The notes under the pieces were generated by a model, which worked only from the letters and a program-made list of their open reading frames with translations, did no database searches and had not been told where the DNA came from. A stretch of DNA of 63,938 bases, the filler included, from Octopus bimaculoides (Eukaryota), in assembly GCF_001194135.2 (NCBI RefSeq). It is 6 parts of 6 records of this genome, joined end to end, with 100 filler letters (N's around TTAATTAATTAA, not from the genome) between each part and the next. Parts side by side here need not be neighbours in the genome. Positions count along the whole stretch, not along the records: positions 30,111 to 44,078 come from NC_068987.1; positions 44,179 to 46,754 come from NC_068996.1; positions 46,855 to 54,610 come from NC_068991.1; 3 more parts are not named here. One strand, 5' to 3'. A program made the position numbers and the translations under genes. Shown one piece after another: positions 39,038-50,676 of this stretch (position 1 is the stretch's first letter; every line of letters begins with the position of its first letter).

Positions 39038-39487
39038 GAGGAGGGCTACACATAGGCAAAGGACTGAAATTTTGGGATTGTTTGCCGCAGCATCGTAATT
39101 TCCGTTTTATGAAACGCATGAATAAAATGCAAGAAAAAAAAAGAAGAAAATATAACTCTTCCTTTCCCATGAGATATATGACATTGTGAGACAGTTATTC
39201 CAAAACTTCGTCAAAGACTTTTTTATTATTATTTACTGGATATCGAGGAAAGGGCACTACACGTAGCTTTTCCAGGCACTCCTAGGTCAGAGAGGTTAAT
39301 GCTGTTATATTCCCATGGACCTGCGATAGTGGAAGAGCCGAGAATGAAAATTAGATTGTTCTCTGCATTTACCGATATGTGGGTGTTTGAACTGCCGCGA
39401 TGTATGGAAAGCAGATCGAATTTAAATGTCTGGCTAAAGGGTTTCAGCAATGATATTAGTATGTATCATTATTGCTTTTAGAAAAAA

Positions 39488-39675
39488 GCGGCGGGCTGGC
39501 AGAATTGTTAGCACACCGGGCAAAATGCTTAGCTGTATTTCGTCTGCCGTTACGTTCTGAGTTCAAATTCCGCGGAGGTTGACTTTGCATTTCATCCTTT
39601 CGTGGTCGATAAATTAAGTACCAGTTGCTCACTGGGGCCGATCTAATCGACTAGCCCTCTCTCCAAAAATTTCGG
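39488..39675 (+). mobile_element. SINE family A
   Basis: A and B boxes and body match. Confidence 0.88.
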
Positions 39676-39765
39676 TATCGGTACTTTTTGCCAAACCGCT
39701 AAGTTACGGGGATGCAAACACACCAATACTAGTTTCAAGTGGTGGCGAAGGGAAACAGACACGCA

Positions 39766-39841
<76 letters not shown>

Positions 39842-39954
39842 ATAAGTTACCGTCTATATATATATAAAAGAGTAAAAGAGTATATATATAAAATACAAAA
39901 AAAAACGAAGAGAAAACACATGAAAAAGCAACAATGTAAGGATGTGGTACATGA

Positions 39955-40050
39955 AAAGTATTACCAGACGCTCAGGGAAGGAAAGAAAAGTATCTTTACG
40001 TTTCGAGCAAAGCTCTTCAGAAGAAGAAGGAGACAGAGGAAAAACATCAC
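39955..40050 (-). mobile_element. Penelope-type terminal-repeat fragment with a minimal hammerhead ribozyme-like core
   Basis: The - strand reads TCTT-CTGAAGA-GCTTTGCTC-GAAACGTA-AAGA: CUGANGA, GAAA, palindromic ACGU helix III and a 4-bp helix I. Confidence 0.55.
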
Positions 40051-40249
40051 CAACGATCCACATGTAGTTACATATATATATATATATATACCATTGTTTT
40101 GGTTAGCATTGTTTTCTCCTCCCAGCCGATAATCACCATGATAAAACCTGCTTAGGGATGCGCTCATTCCCCATATGTATTAAATGGCCAGTCTACCTCA
40201 GCTGACTAAAAAAACCAATATAGTATAATTTGATAAGATTCCTGCTCTC

Positions 40250-40415
40250 TCTGAAACTTTGTTCCTGGTGTAAACAATTCCAACACTCATAACCAGACAA
40301 GACAAACAACACTGTGCCATTTGAAGTAAGATATATTTGCACTGTGATGCAAATTTCAAACAGCTCTCTGAACTCAAAAACCACTTAAGTACTCATGCAC
40401 AGAAAAAAGCACGTC
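40250..40415 (+). pseudogene. Frameshifted C2H2 zinc-finger fragment (YICT/CDANFKQLSELKNHLSTH), with traces of a preceding finger
   Basis: Exact C-x3-F-x5-L-x2-H-x3-H spacing at 40343-40396. The first Cys (tgc) is out of frame and stops surround the segment. Confidence 0.45.
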
Positions 40416-41812
40416 TAACATGAAGTGGTTAAACTTTGAATAGGAGTGATTATCTCCCTTTCGCCCCCACCTCTCTCTCTCTCTCTCTTCCTCTCTCTCC
40501 ATATGTGTGTATGTGTGTGTCTTTGTACCTTTTTGTCATTGTAACCCCGCTTGACAACCAGTTATGGTTTGTTTACCTCCTCCCGTAACTTAGCGGTTTG
40601 AATGAGAACCAGACTTCAGAAAATAAGTACTAGAAGCGTTCTCTTCGACTAAAAGCCTTCAAGACAATGCTCCGACATGACGGTAGTCTAGTAACTGAAG
40701 CAAGCAACAAATAGCCAAGGAAATATATGCTATAAAATTTTTTCAGTCCCGTAGCTCTATTTTTTATGGCATAGGTCTCCCATCTCTGCTCACCGTCTGC
40801 GACTCGCCAAACGAGAGTACCTCTACGCGGCCGCCCTCAACTCGCCAATAAATAGCAATCAAACTGCACTCAAATCACATCCTACCGTCTTAACTAAAAG
40901 AAACGATGTCTGAGATAATGTAGTGCTGCATACCCTTAACAGACGGGATGGTCGTAGTCGTGATTACCTTGATCTTTACTGTGTCGACCAGACTATCAGA
41001 TGTTATACACCACTCGTCACAATGCGCATCCACATAGCATATTAGCTTTTGAAAGATGCTTGGTGGACAAACCAACATTCCCCTCTAAATGGGTTGCTAG
41101 TTTGTTGCAAGTAAAAGATCATGCGAATTCCGAATATTAAAATGAAAATATCGCCTGAAATTCAATCTCGTCTCTAGATAAGTGTTGGTCTTTTTAGATA
41201 CGTGTAAGTCGACATTATCTAACACTCAATGGTGTAGAGTTAAAATGTTACAGGGATGTCCACCGTCTTTCTAACTTTTTCATCATGCTGTTATATATAT
41301 ACATACTTACATACAACCGACACACACACGCACAAGCACACACACACACACACACACACACANNNNNNNNNNNNNNNNNNNNNNNNNNNNNNNNNNNNNN
41401 NNNNNNNNNNNNNNNNNNNNNNNNNNNNNNNNNNNNNNNNNNNNNNNNNNNNNNNNNNNNNNNNNNNNNNNNNNNNNNNNNNNNNNNNNNNNNNNNNNNN
41501 NNNNNNNNNNNNNNNNNNNNNNNNNNNNNNNNNNNNNNNNNNNNNNNNNNNNNNNNNNNNNNNNNNNNNNNNNNNNNNNNNNNNNNNNNNNNNNNNNNNN
41601 NNNNNNNNNNNNNNNNNNNNNNNNNNNNNNNNNNNNNNNNNNNNNNNNNNNNNNNNNNNNNNNNNNNNNNNNNNNNNNNNNNNNNNNNNNNNNNNNNNNN
41701 NNNNNNNNNNNNNNNNNNNNNNNNNNNNNNNNNNNNNNNNNNNNNNNNNNNNNNNNNNNGATGAACAAACACAGACACAAAGATACACACACATAAATAT
41801 ATACATTTAAGT

Positions 41813-41848
<36 letters not shown>

Positions 41849-42018
41849 TATATAGGTAATAGAGTTAGAGGTTGGAATAACCATCTAAGGGATAAGAATA
41901 GCCGTTATTGCTACCGGTATAAATTACCTATGTTAACCCTGGGCATGGATATGCAAGCATACTATGCTCATAGGATACACGCAATAACAGAATAAACAAG
42001 ACTTTATCAGGAATCAAA

Positions 42019-42817
42019 GGATCTAGTTCAAAACGGGGGCATCAGTATTTTCTTAACGAAACACTTTGAAACTTGGGACACTGGTAGAATGTGTCATATA
42101 AAACATCTTTTTCTCTTAGTCTTCTTAACAAAAAAAACGTACATCGCAAGTTATTTCATGTTAAAGTTNNNNNNNNNNNNNNNNNNNNNNNNNNNNNNNN
42201 NNNNNNNNNNNNNNNNNNNNNNNNNNNNNNNNNNNNNNNNNNNNNNNNNNNNNNNNNNNNNNNNNNNNNNNNNNNNNNNNNNNNNNNNNNNNNNNNNNNN
42301 NNNNNNNNNNNNNNNNNNNNNNNNNNNNNNNNNNNNNNNNNNNNNNNNNNNNNNNNNNNNNNNNNNNNNNNNNNNNNNNNNNNNNNNNNNNNNNNNNNNN
42401 NNNNNNNNNNNNNNNNNNNNNNNNNNNNNNNNNNNNNNNNNNNNNNNNNNNNNNNNNNNNNNNNNNNNNNNNNNNNNNNNNNNNNNNNNNNNNNNNNNNN
42501 NNNNNNNNNNNNNNNNNNNNNNNNNNNNNNNCATACAGTTCAGGCAGATGTTAACGAAATTATAAATGGAGATTAAATACGCTTTACACCGCTTAAACTG
42601 CCAAAGGAGTAACTGTAAACAGCTGAATACTTGTCAGTGATTGGTTGAAATTATCGAAATAAGACAATTTTTTACATGAAATAACTCCGAATACAAAATT
42701 TTTTTTCTGTTCTATAACACAAAATAGATAAGTATACGAAGTTTGAAAGTCTTTCGGTACCAAAAACACTACATAAAACATAAATGAAAACTGGTGCCCC
42801 CGTTTTGAACTAGATCC
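42019..42817. mobile_element. Second, longer copy of the same Merlin-type MITE, with its centre in an N gap
   Basis: GGATCTAGTTCAAAACGGGGGCA TIRs; 8-bp TSD GAATCAAA at 42011-42018 and 42818-42825; internal sequence shared with 38434-38896. Confidence 0.8.
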
Positions 42818-43365
42818 GAATCAAATTTAAAATAAGCAGAAAATGGAGAAAACTTTTTATCAACAAACAAATTGACTACCATCGGTTAATTATTTTTTAA
42901 TACAAGACTTTAACATTGCTTACAGCCGTTTCTGTTACCAATGTTAGTCGGTGCCGCCAAAGAAAATTATGAGAATAATATTCGTCACCTTTATAGCGCA
43001 TCCGGTCTAGTACATAGAACTTCATCAGAGTGAATACAAATACATAGAATAAGAGAAGCGGGAAAAGGAAAGACGACAGTTTATTCACTGCACCCTTGCT
43101 CATCGACTTCAAGTTTTACACTGCAAAATGGTTTGATTCTAACTTATTAAGCCTTCTTTCGTCGTCAGACGACTTCGGAATCTCCTGTAACTCTTCTAGG
43201 CGGTCTCCTTGTTTAAGTTGGTGAATGCTGCCATAATCCTTACCTTCAGTTCATCTTTGATATTACAAGGAGTTTTGTTGGTCTCTCGCTCAAGATGACA
43301 AAAGAAGGCTTAATAAATTACAATCATACCATTTTGCAGTGTAAAGCTTGAAGTCGATAAGCAAG

Positions 43366-44078
43366 GGTACAGTGAATAAACTGTCGTTTAAATTACGCAA
43401 AAATGAAAATAACACTGACATCTCATTTTAATATATATTTACCAAAATTACATAAAAATATCTTGAAAGACTAAAGAATAAATTTATTCAATAAAATCAC
43501 CATTGGCTTCAACCACGGCCTCCAGACAAATTCGGAATCTCCTGCAACTCTTCTGGGCGGTCTCCTTGTTTAAGTTGGTGAATGCTACCATAATCCTTAC
43601 CTTCAGTTCATCTTTGATGTTACAAGGAGTTTTGTTGGTCTCTCGCTCATCTGCGCCCCATACATAATAAAGGGAGTGCAGTCTAGGGAGTTATGGGTGA
43701 TATGGTCGCAGAAATTGACATGACTGGGTTCTCCTGCTTGTGTGGCATGGTGCAGTGTCCTGTTGCCAGACATAGGGTCTTCCAGCAGCTGTATGGGATG
43801 ATGAATGGAGGCATAACGTCACCATCACTAATGATCACTCCAAAGACCATGATGTTGACTGGATGTTTGAGTCTTATCATTCTCGGTACATGTTTGAGGA
43901 CACGGCAAGCCAACGGTTGTTCTGTGTGCCCACCATCTGATCCTGGCATAATTCTTTCTCGCCTGAGAAAAACCAAAGCCTGTGCGGTTGGAAGGGATGC
44001 TTGACTTTGTTCAAAAGCTGTCTTTCCTTTTGTCCTTGATGGCTTGGAATAAAAATTGGCCCTTCTCATCTTGTATGA
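43366..44078 (-). mobile_element. Second copy of the same Tc1/mariner family, opposite orientation, truncated by a linker gap
   Basis: KHPVNIMVFGVIISDGDVMPPF on the - strand; its 3' UTR and terminus are the reverse complement of 44950-45085. Confidence 0.8.
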
Positions 44079-44201
44079 NNNNNNNNNNNNNNNNNNNNNN
44101 NNNNNNNNNNNNNNNNNNNNNNTTAATTAATTAANNNNNNNNNNNNNNNNNNNNNNNNNNNNNNNNNNNNNNNNNNNNATATATATATATATATATATAT
44201 A

Positions 44202-45085
44202 CAGGGTGCGATGGGCAAATTATTGCCATGTTTTATTTTCAATTTTGTGCCTGCACATTGTTTTTGACTTTGGTTGTCTACAAAATATGGTAGAGTCAGT
44301 TGGGCATCATCTGTGCGAAAAAAGCACCATGATGCAATTACCCTGCCAGAAATTTGGAAATGACATGCTGTACTGCTTGGCATTCACACTGGAAGCTCCA
44401 ATACGAACATTTCAGAGTATTTGGGTGTCAATCTGAGTACAGTGCAGTTTGAGGACATGTACTGAGAGTGAGAAAATCAAACACCCAGTCAGCATCAAGG
44501 TGATTGCAGTGATCACTAGTGATGGTGACGTTATGCCACCATTCATCTTCCTACAAGGCCTCAGACTCAATACAGAGGCCTACATCAAGTGCCTGGAGGT
44601 GGCAGTGCTGCCCTGGGTGAAGAGGGTGGCTGCTGGAAGACCCTATGTCTGGCAACAGGACTCTGCACCATGCTACACAAGCAGGAGAAGCCAGTCATGG
44701 CTGTCAGACAATTTCTGCAACTACATCACCCCTAACACTTGGCCACCTAACTCCCCTCACTGTCACCCCCTCCATTAGTATGTGTGGGGCACAGTTGAAT
44801 TAGAGACCAACAAAACTCCTTGTAACACCAAAGATGAGCTGAAGGCAAGGATTATGGCAACACTCACCAAATTAAACAAGGAGATCATCCAGAAGCGCTT
44901 CAGGAGATTCCAAAGTAGTCTTGAGGTCATGGTTGAAGCCAATGGCGATTTTATTGAATAAATTTACTCTTTTTGTATTTCGAGATATTTTTATGTAATT
45001 TTGGTAAATATATCTGTTAAAATGAGATGTCAGTGTTATTTTCATTTTTGCGTAATATAGATGACAGTTTATACACTGGACCCTA
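44202..45085 (+). mobile_element. Tc1/mariner DD37D (maT-type) element, internally deleted and inactive
   Basis: Starts TA|CAGGG and ends ...ACCCTA. Transposase remnant KHPVSIKVIAVITSDGDVMPP...WQQDSAPC...WPPNSPHCHPLH*YVWG; 37 residues separate the second D from the third catalytic position, which is mutated to H. Confidence 0.85.
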
Positions 45086-45280
45086 TATATATGTACACAC
45101 ACACACACACACATATGTATATATATTTCGTGTTTGTATTTGGTTTGCAAGATTCTTTATGTGAATTTGTGTGTTGAAGCATATTTTATTGTGTCTGGAG
45201 AGAGTCATTCTCTTTTAATGCCTTATTAATTAACACACTCACCAGTTCAGTTTCCACTCATTTATTATTTTTCTTTCCTA

Positions 45281-45855
45281 AAAATTTTCATTGCTTCTTG
45301 CAACCTCTTCAATGGCTATTGACAGAGTCAACAGCTTTTGAATAGGTTGCAAAAAGCAATAAAAAAATATACATATATATTTGAAAAAGGAAAAGAATGA
45401 CTTCACTGACAGTTCTAATTAATTTAATTTTCTAATAATATAATATAATTCAATTTTACAGTTTGGTTTGTAGTTCTAGATTGACAAACCAAACTGTAAA
45501 ATTAAATTATATTATATTATTAGAAAATTAAATTAAATTAGAACTACCAGTGAAGTCATTCTTTTCCTTTTACAAATATACCTGACTATACCACAGACTT
45601 TAGACACTTTTCAATATATATATACATTTATATATATATATTTTAGGAAGCTAAAAGTTATGGCTAGTCATAAGGTGACCATTAGTTTCACACCTATAAA
45701 GCACTTAGCAGTATAGGCAATTTGTCAGATTCAAATGGCTGAAGGTGCATAACCTCCAACCTGTTGAGTCTGACAAATCATTTATATTGTTAAGTATTTT
45801 ACAGGTGCAAAACCAATGGTCACTCCATGACTGACCATAACTTCTAACTTCTCAA
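45281..45855. repeat. Three consecutive foldback palindromes
   Basis: About 45281-45368 (~40-bp arms), 45381-45575 (~90-bp near-perfect arms, 12-nt loop) and 45645-45855 (~100-bp diverged arms). Confidence 0.8.
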
Positions 45856-45939
45856 TATATATATATTACTGCTCTAATATTTTGGAGTGTACTTCTTTTT
45901 TCATATATATGAATTACAGATGATACATATGTATATATA

Positions 45940-46023
<84 letters not shown>

Positions 46024-46026
<3 letters not shown>

Positions 46027-46295
46027 TCATCATCATTTAACGTCCGCTTTCCATGCTAGCATGGGTTGGACGATTTGACTGAGGACTGGTGCAACCGGAT
46101 GGCAACACCAGGCTCCAATCTAATTTGGCAGAGTTTCTACAACTGGATGCCCTTCCTAGTGCCAACCACTCAGAGAGTGTAGTGGGTGCTTTTACATGGG
46201 CCAGTCAGGCAGTTCTGGCAACGACCATGCTCAAAAGTTGTTTTTTACATGCTACTTGCATGGGAGCCAGTCTGGCAGCACTGGCAATGAATATG
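46024..46295 (-). mobile_element. Retroposon family D (5'-truncated)
   Basis: Same 3' end as 60560-60862. Confidence 0.85.
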
Positions 46296-46431
46296 CTCAA
46301 ATGCATATATATATATATAATATATATATATGTATGCATGCATGTATGTATGTATGTATGTATATGTATATAGATATATATACATATGTATATAAGTGTG
46401 TATATATATATATATATATATATGTATATAA

Positions 46432-46464
<33 letters not shown>

Positions 46465-46467
<3 letters not shown>

Positions 46468-46754
46468 CCCCTGGGAGCTCCTCTATGCTGATGACCTTGC
46501 CCTAATTGCGGAGTCACTATCAGAACTAGAGGAGAAGTTTCAGGTGTGGAAGCAAGGTCTAGAATTGAAGGGCCTTAGAGTCAACCTAGCTAAAACCAAA
46601 ATCCTAATAAGTAGGAAGGTAGATAAAACACAAACCCCTTCAGGTAGATGGCCCTGCTCAGTATGTAGAAAAGGAGTAGGTAGTAACTCTATAAGATGTA
46701 CCCGGTGCAAGCTATGGACACATAAGAGGTGCAGCAACATCAAAGGCAGGTTAA
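46465..46754 (+). mobile_element. RTE-clade LINE RT fragment
   Basis: [16 protein letters not shown]...[13 protein letters not shown]...[29 protein letters not shown]; uninterrupted, so relatively young. Confidence 0.88.
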
Positions 46755-46854
46755 NNNNNNNNNNNNNNNNNNNNNNNNNNNNNNNNNNNNNNNNNNNNTT
46801 AATTAATTAANNNNNNNNNNNNNNNNNNNNNNNNNNNNNNNNNNNNNNNNNNNN

Positions 46855-47117
46855 GCCTGGCCTTTCAACAACCTTAATTCTTAGCTTAAGTTTGTCTAGG
46901 GCCCTTCTAAAGCGGTACGCCAGTTCGCCTCTAGGGGTGGTGTCGACGAACATGACGCTTTGGTACTTGTGGCTATTGTACCATGAGCTTGCCTTCCCTA
47001 TTTTCTTCTTAGTTCTTTCTATGGTGTTCCATGATTTGCTCCTATAGAGTGGGCAAATCCCATTCCTATCGTTGCGTTTGATTGTTTCAAACTTCTTCAT
47101 AGCTCCTTTGTAAACCC

Positions 47118-47118
<1 letters not shown>
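46855..47118 (-). mobile_element. Penelope-like element fragment (region between RT and endonuclease)
   Basis: PLYRSKSW...SWY...SVMFVDTTPRGELAYRFRRAL...IKVVERPG, a motif set typical of PLE ORFs. Confidence 0.65.
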
Positions 47119-47160
<42 letters not shown>

Positions 47161-47189
47161 GGTGATTGTTTCCTCCTTATGCAGAGTTT

Positions 47190-47470
47190 GACCACCTCTT
47201 ATACCTACACCTTAGAACCATCATGGCATCTGATGTACTTTTTGAACCAGACAATGTTCTGAAAAGACACCCACATAGATTGCACATCCAATTTGGACCA
47301 AGAGCCGCAGATAAGTTTTGATTGTTATGGATCTTAAAATGTCTTTTGAGGCCTCCATTAGATCTGCAACCCTTCTGGCATACACTGCATTCAAAGGTGT
47401 GCACAGACATATAGGCAGAATAGTTGGTGGAGTTTTCCCTGGGTTTGCATTTGTCCCCCTCCATTGCTTG
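47190..47470 (-). mobile_element. LINE (RTE-type) C-terminal zinc-finger remnant
   Basis: CSVCQKGCRSNGGLKRHFKIH...CNLCGCLFRTLSG resembles the C-terminal C2H2-like tail of RTE-type ORFs; no convincing splice signals. Confidence 0.5.
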
Positions 47471-47796
47471 ACAACTGGTGTTGATTTGGTTAGTCTCCCT
47501 AACTTAGCAGTTTGGCAAATGAGAATGATAGATTAAGTGCCTGACTGGGGTCAATTAGTTTGACTAAACCCTTTAAAGTGTTGCCCCAGTATGGCCAAAG
47601 TTCAATGATGGAAACAAGTAAAAGGTAAAAGGAGGAAAAATGAAAAGTAAGAAACACAAAAAGAAAAAAATCTTACTAAAAAAAAGCCCAAAAAAAAAAG
47701 AAAAGAAAAGAAAAAAGACAAAATTAGAGTATGGTTTAATGGTGTAATGGAAGGGAGAAAGAAGATAACAAAAGTAAAATGAAATTATAAACTGAC

Positions 47797-47901
47797 CTCT
47801 TTAACATCAACTCCTCCGCTTCGAAATAGTTCATGAGCCTCGGTAAAATGTCCCAAGGAGAATTCAATAAAAGCTGCTTGCTGCTGAATACGACTGAGCA
47901 T
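47797..47901 (-). CDS. TGFBRAP1: TGFBRAP1 exon: MLSRIQQQAAFIEFSLGHFTEAHELFRSGGVDVKE
   Basis: Acceptor ttgtttcag| and donor |gtcagt; 105 nt, phase 0 to 0. Matches the recalled human MYRRILQQAGFIQFAQLQFLEAKELFRSGQLDVRE. Confidence 0.92.
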
Positions 47902-48069
47902 CTGAAACAAGAAGAGATAGTTGTTGATGATGATGCTGTTGATAGTTGTTGATGTTGATGTTGATGCCAAACCAGACTGGAATCTGGTACAGCCTTCCAA
48001 CTTGCCAGCCGTGGCCAAACCGTTCAAGCCATGCCAGCATGAACAATGGATGCTAAATGATGATGATGA

Positions 48070-48113
<44 letters not shown>

Positions 48114-49014
48114 TNNNNNNNNNNNNNNNNNNNNNNNNNNNNNNNNNNNNNNNNNNNNNNNNNNNNNNNNNNNNNNNNNNNNNNNNNNNNNNNNNNNNNN
48201 NNNNNNNNNNNNNNNNNNNNNNNNNNNNNNNNNNNNNNNNNNNNNNNNNNNNNNNNNNNNNNNNNNNNNNNNNNNNNNNNNNNNNNNNNNNNNNNNNNNN
48301 NNNNNNNNNNNNNNNNNNNNNNNNNNNNNNNNNNNNNNNNNNNNNNNNNNNNNNNNNNNNNNNNNNNNNNNNNNNNNNNNNNNNNNNNNNNNNNNNNNNN
48401 NNNNNNNNNNNNNNNNNNNNNNNNNNNNNNNNNNNNNNNNNNNNNNNNNNNNNNNNNNNNNNNNNNNNNNNNNNNNNNNNNNNNNNNNNNNNNNNNNNNN
48501 NNNNNNNNNNNNNNNNNNNNNNNNNNNNNNNNNNNNNNNNNNNNNNNNNNNNNNNNNNNNNNNNNNNNNNNNNNNNNNNNNNNNNNNNNNNNNNNNNNNN
48601 NNAAATACAAAAAAAGGGGTTTTGTATGATTGTGTATAGAGGAATATATTATTTTGTTTAAAAGAGTTCCAACTCTGTCTGTTTTTTATGTTTTATTTAT
48701 ATTCTTGTAAAATTAATGTGGGATATAGAATATGGAATATACAATATATAATATAAAAATGGATATATATATATATATATATATACACATGCACACACAC
48801 ATATATGTGTGTGTTTGTGCATTTACTCAACTGCCTGGCAACCAGAGTTGGGATTTTTTTAGGTACTTGAAACTTAGTGGTTCAGCAAAAAAGACTGATG
48901 AAATAGTCACAACTTTAAAATAATAACGACTTGGAATGATCTGTTCCACTAAACTTTTCAAGCTGGTACACTAGGAGGGTCACAGGCCAAATGACGCAAA
49001 CAAGTAAAAGATAA

Positions 49015-49175
49015 TAGATGGCTTAGTTGTTATGGTGTTTGACTCATGATCAAAATATCATGAGTTCAATTCCTGAACTAGACAGCACACTGTGTCTTCA
49101 GACAAGGCACTTTACCTCATGTTACGTGAGTCTACTCTGCTGAAATTGCGTACCAAGTGAATACTGGTTCAACCC
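49015..49175 (+). mobile_element. SINE family B (diverged)
   Basis: GAGTTCAATTCCTG...CAAGGCACTTTACCTCATGTT. Confidence 0.65.
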
Positions 49176-49336
49176 CCACTCTCTCTCCCCTCCTAGAAAC
49201 CACATTCTCGATTCTTTGCTGAGTCATGTGTGGAAGAGTCAAGATGATGTCTATACCTGCTCACAACTACACAGGCGTCTAAAACAATTAATGAAAGCAT
49301 GGTACTTAGATATATAACATACATAGAATGTCATAC

Positions 49337-49432
49337 CTTGAGAAATTTTTCTTTACTGACTCCAGTTCGGTTTGAATTTTTGGCTAAATCCAAGGCTTCT
49401 GTAACTCTTTTATCTGCAAGCAATGCTTGGAT
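49337..49432 (-). CDS. TGFBRAP1: TGFBRAP1 exon: IQALLADKRVTEALDLAKNSNRTGVSKEKFLK
   Basis: Acceptor tttcag| and donor |gtatga; 96 nt, phase 0 to 0. Continues the recalled human sequence IQDLLASRRVEEALVLAKGARRNIPKEKFQV. Confidence 0.92.
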
Positions 49433-50676
49433 CTGAAAGGACAAAAAAAAACAAAAAACAAAAAACAAATGAATAATATTTTGGGAATATTAACACATAT
49501 AGTATTCAACATTGGGTAATGACCGAACGAATACGATCGTGAATACATATTGCTGAAATAAGGTTCCTCCATAGAGTCTCTGGAATAATGTTACTTGACA
49601 GGGTGCAAAGCTCAGAGATCAGGGGGACACATTGAGATTTCACAGTTCTGACACCACTGACATGTGGCTTTAATTGGAAAATGATTTCTGCAAGTCAAGC
49701 TAAGCCAAGCCAAACCAAGTAGCAGAAGACCTATGAGCGGACAAGCATAAGCTGGTTGAATAATATCTATAGTCTCGGTTGATCATGCTTGATCATACTG
49801 TGATTGCTTTGGGTAGCACTGACCATGTCCTTTGGTACCAATGCTAAGTTTGTGTGCGTAGGCGTGTGTGTATTCTTTTTTGTTGCTTCTGTTCTCAGCG
49901 TCATTATTGTTGTTGTTGTTGTTGTTGTTGTTGCTACTGAAATTTTTTGCTCATATATATATTTCTTTCATCTTTCTAGAGAATTTCCTGAGGAATTTTA
50001 CGACCAGCTTCATAGAAAAATGCTTTAAGTTTTTTTAAGTTTTTTTTCTTTGTTCTTGTTTTGATAAATAAATTAGTAAATAAATTTGTAAAGACAGCAT
50101 CTCTAGCAACATTTTTCAGCGTGTTTTTTAAACAAGGTTCTAAGCCTGAGTCCACCATTGCACAAGGGTCCACATTGGAAACTACTGGTCGAAAACACTA
50201 CACTGCATCCATGAAGCCCAGAAATTTTATATGAATTCTAGCTGAGAACCCCTGGTATAGTAGAAGGCATTTACTCAAGGTGCCACACATTGGAACTGAT
50301 GATGACAGCAAGAATGGCAATGACAACCACTACAGAATTGTAACAAGCCCAAACTACAACCTACACATTATCTGTTGCTCTCTCACCCTTCTATCTACTG
50401 CATTATTATTCCACTACTTTTCACCTTATATCTGTACTGTTAGCCATTACTTACTCTCTATTACCTCGCCCCCCCCCCTCCACTCTCATGTGTATCACTG
50501 ACTGACTGACTTCATCATTCTACTTCCACTTCTCAACCTTATCTAGTTTCTGCACTTTTTACCCTCCCTTCCCTATTTTGCTTTCCATCTATTAATCATG
50601 AAATTCAGTCCAGCCAAGGAGATATAAACATCTAGTAATGGACCAAGTAAATAAAAAAAATTCATGTAGTACTTAC

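Noticed and set aside
47177-47464. Host C2H2 zinc-finger gene
   Set aside because: Degenerate, without splice context, and resembles the C-terminal finger region of RTE-type LINEs.
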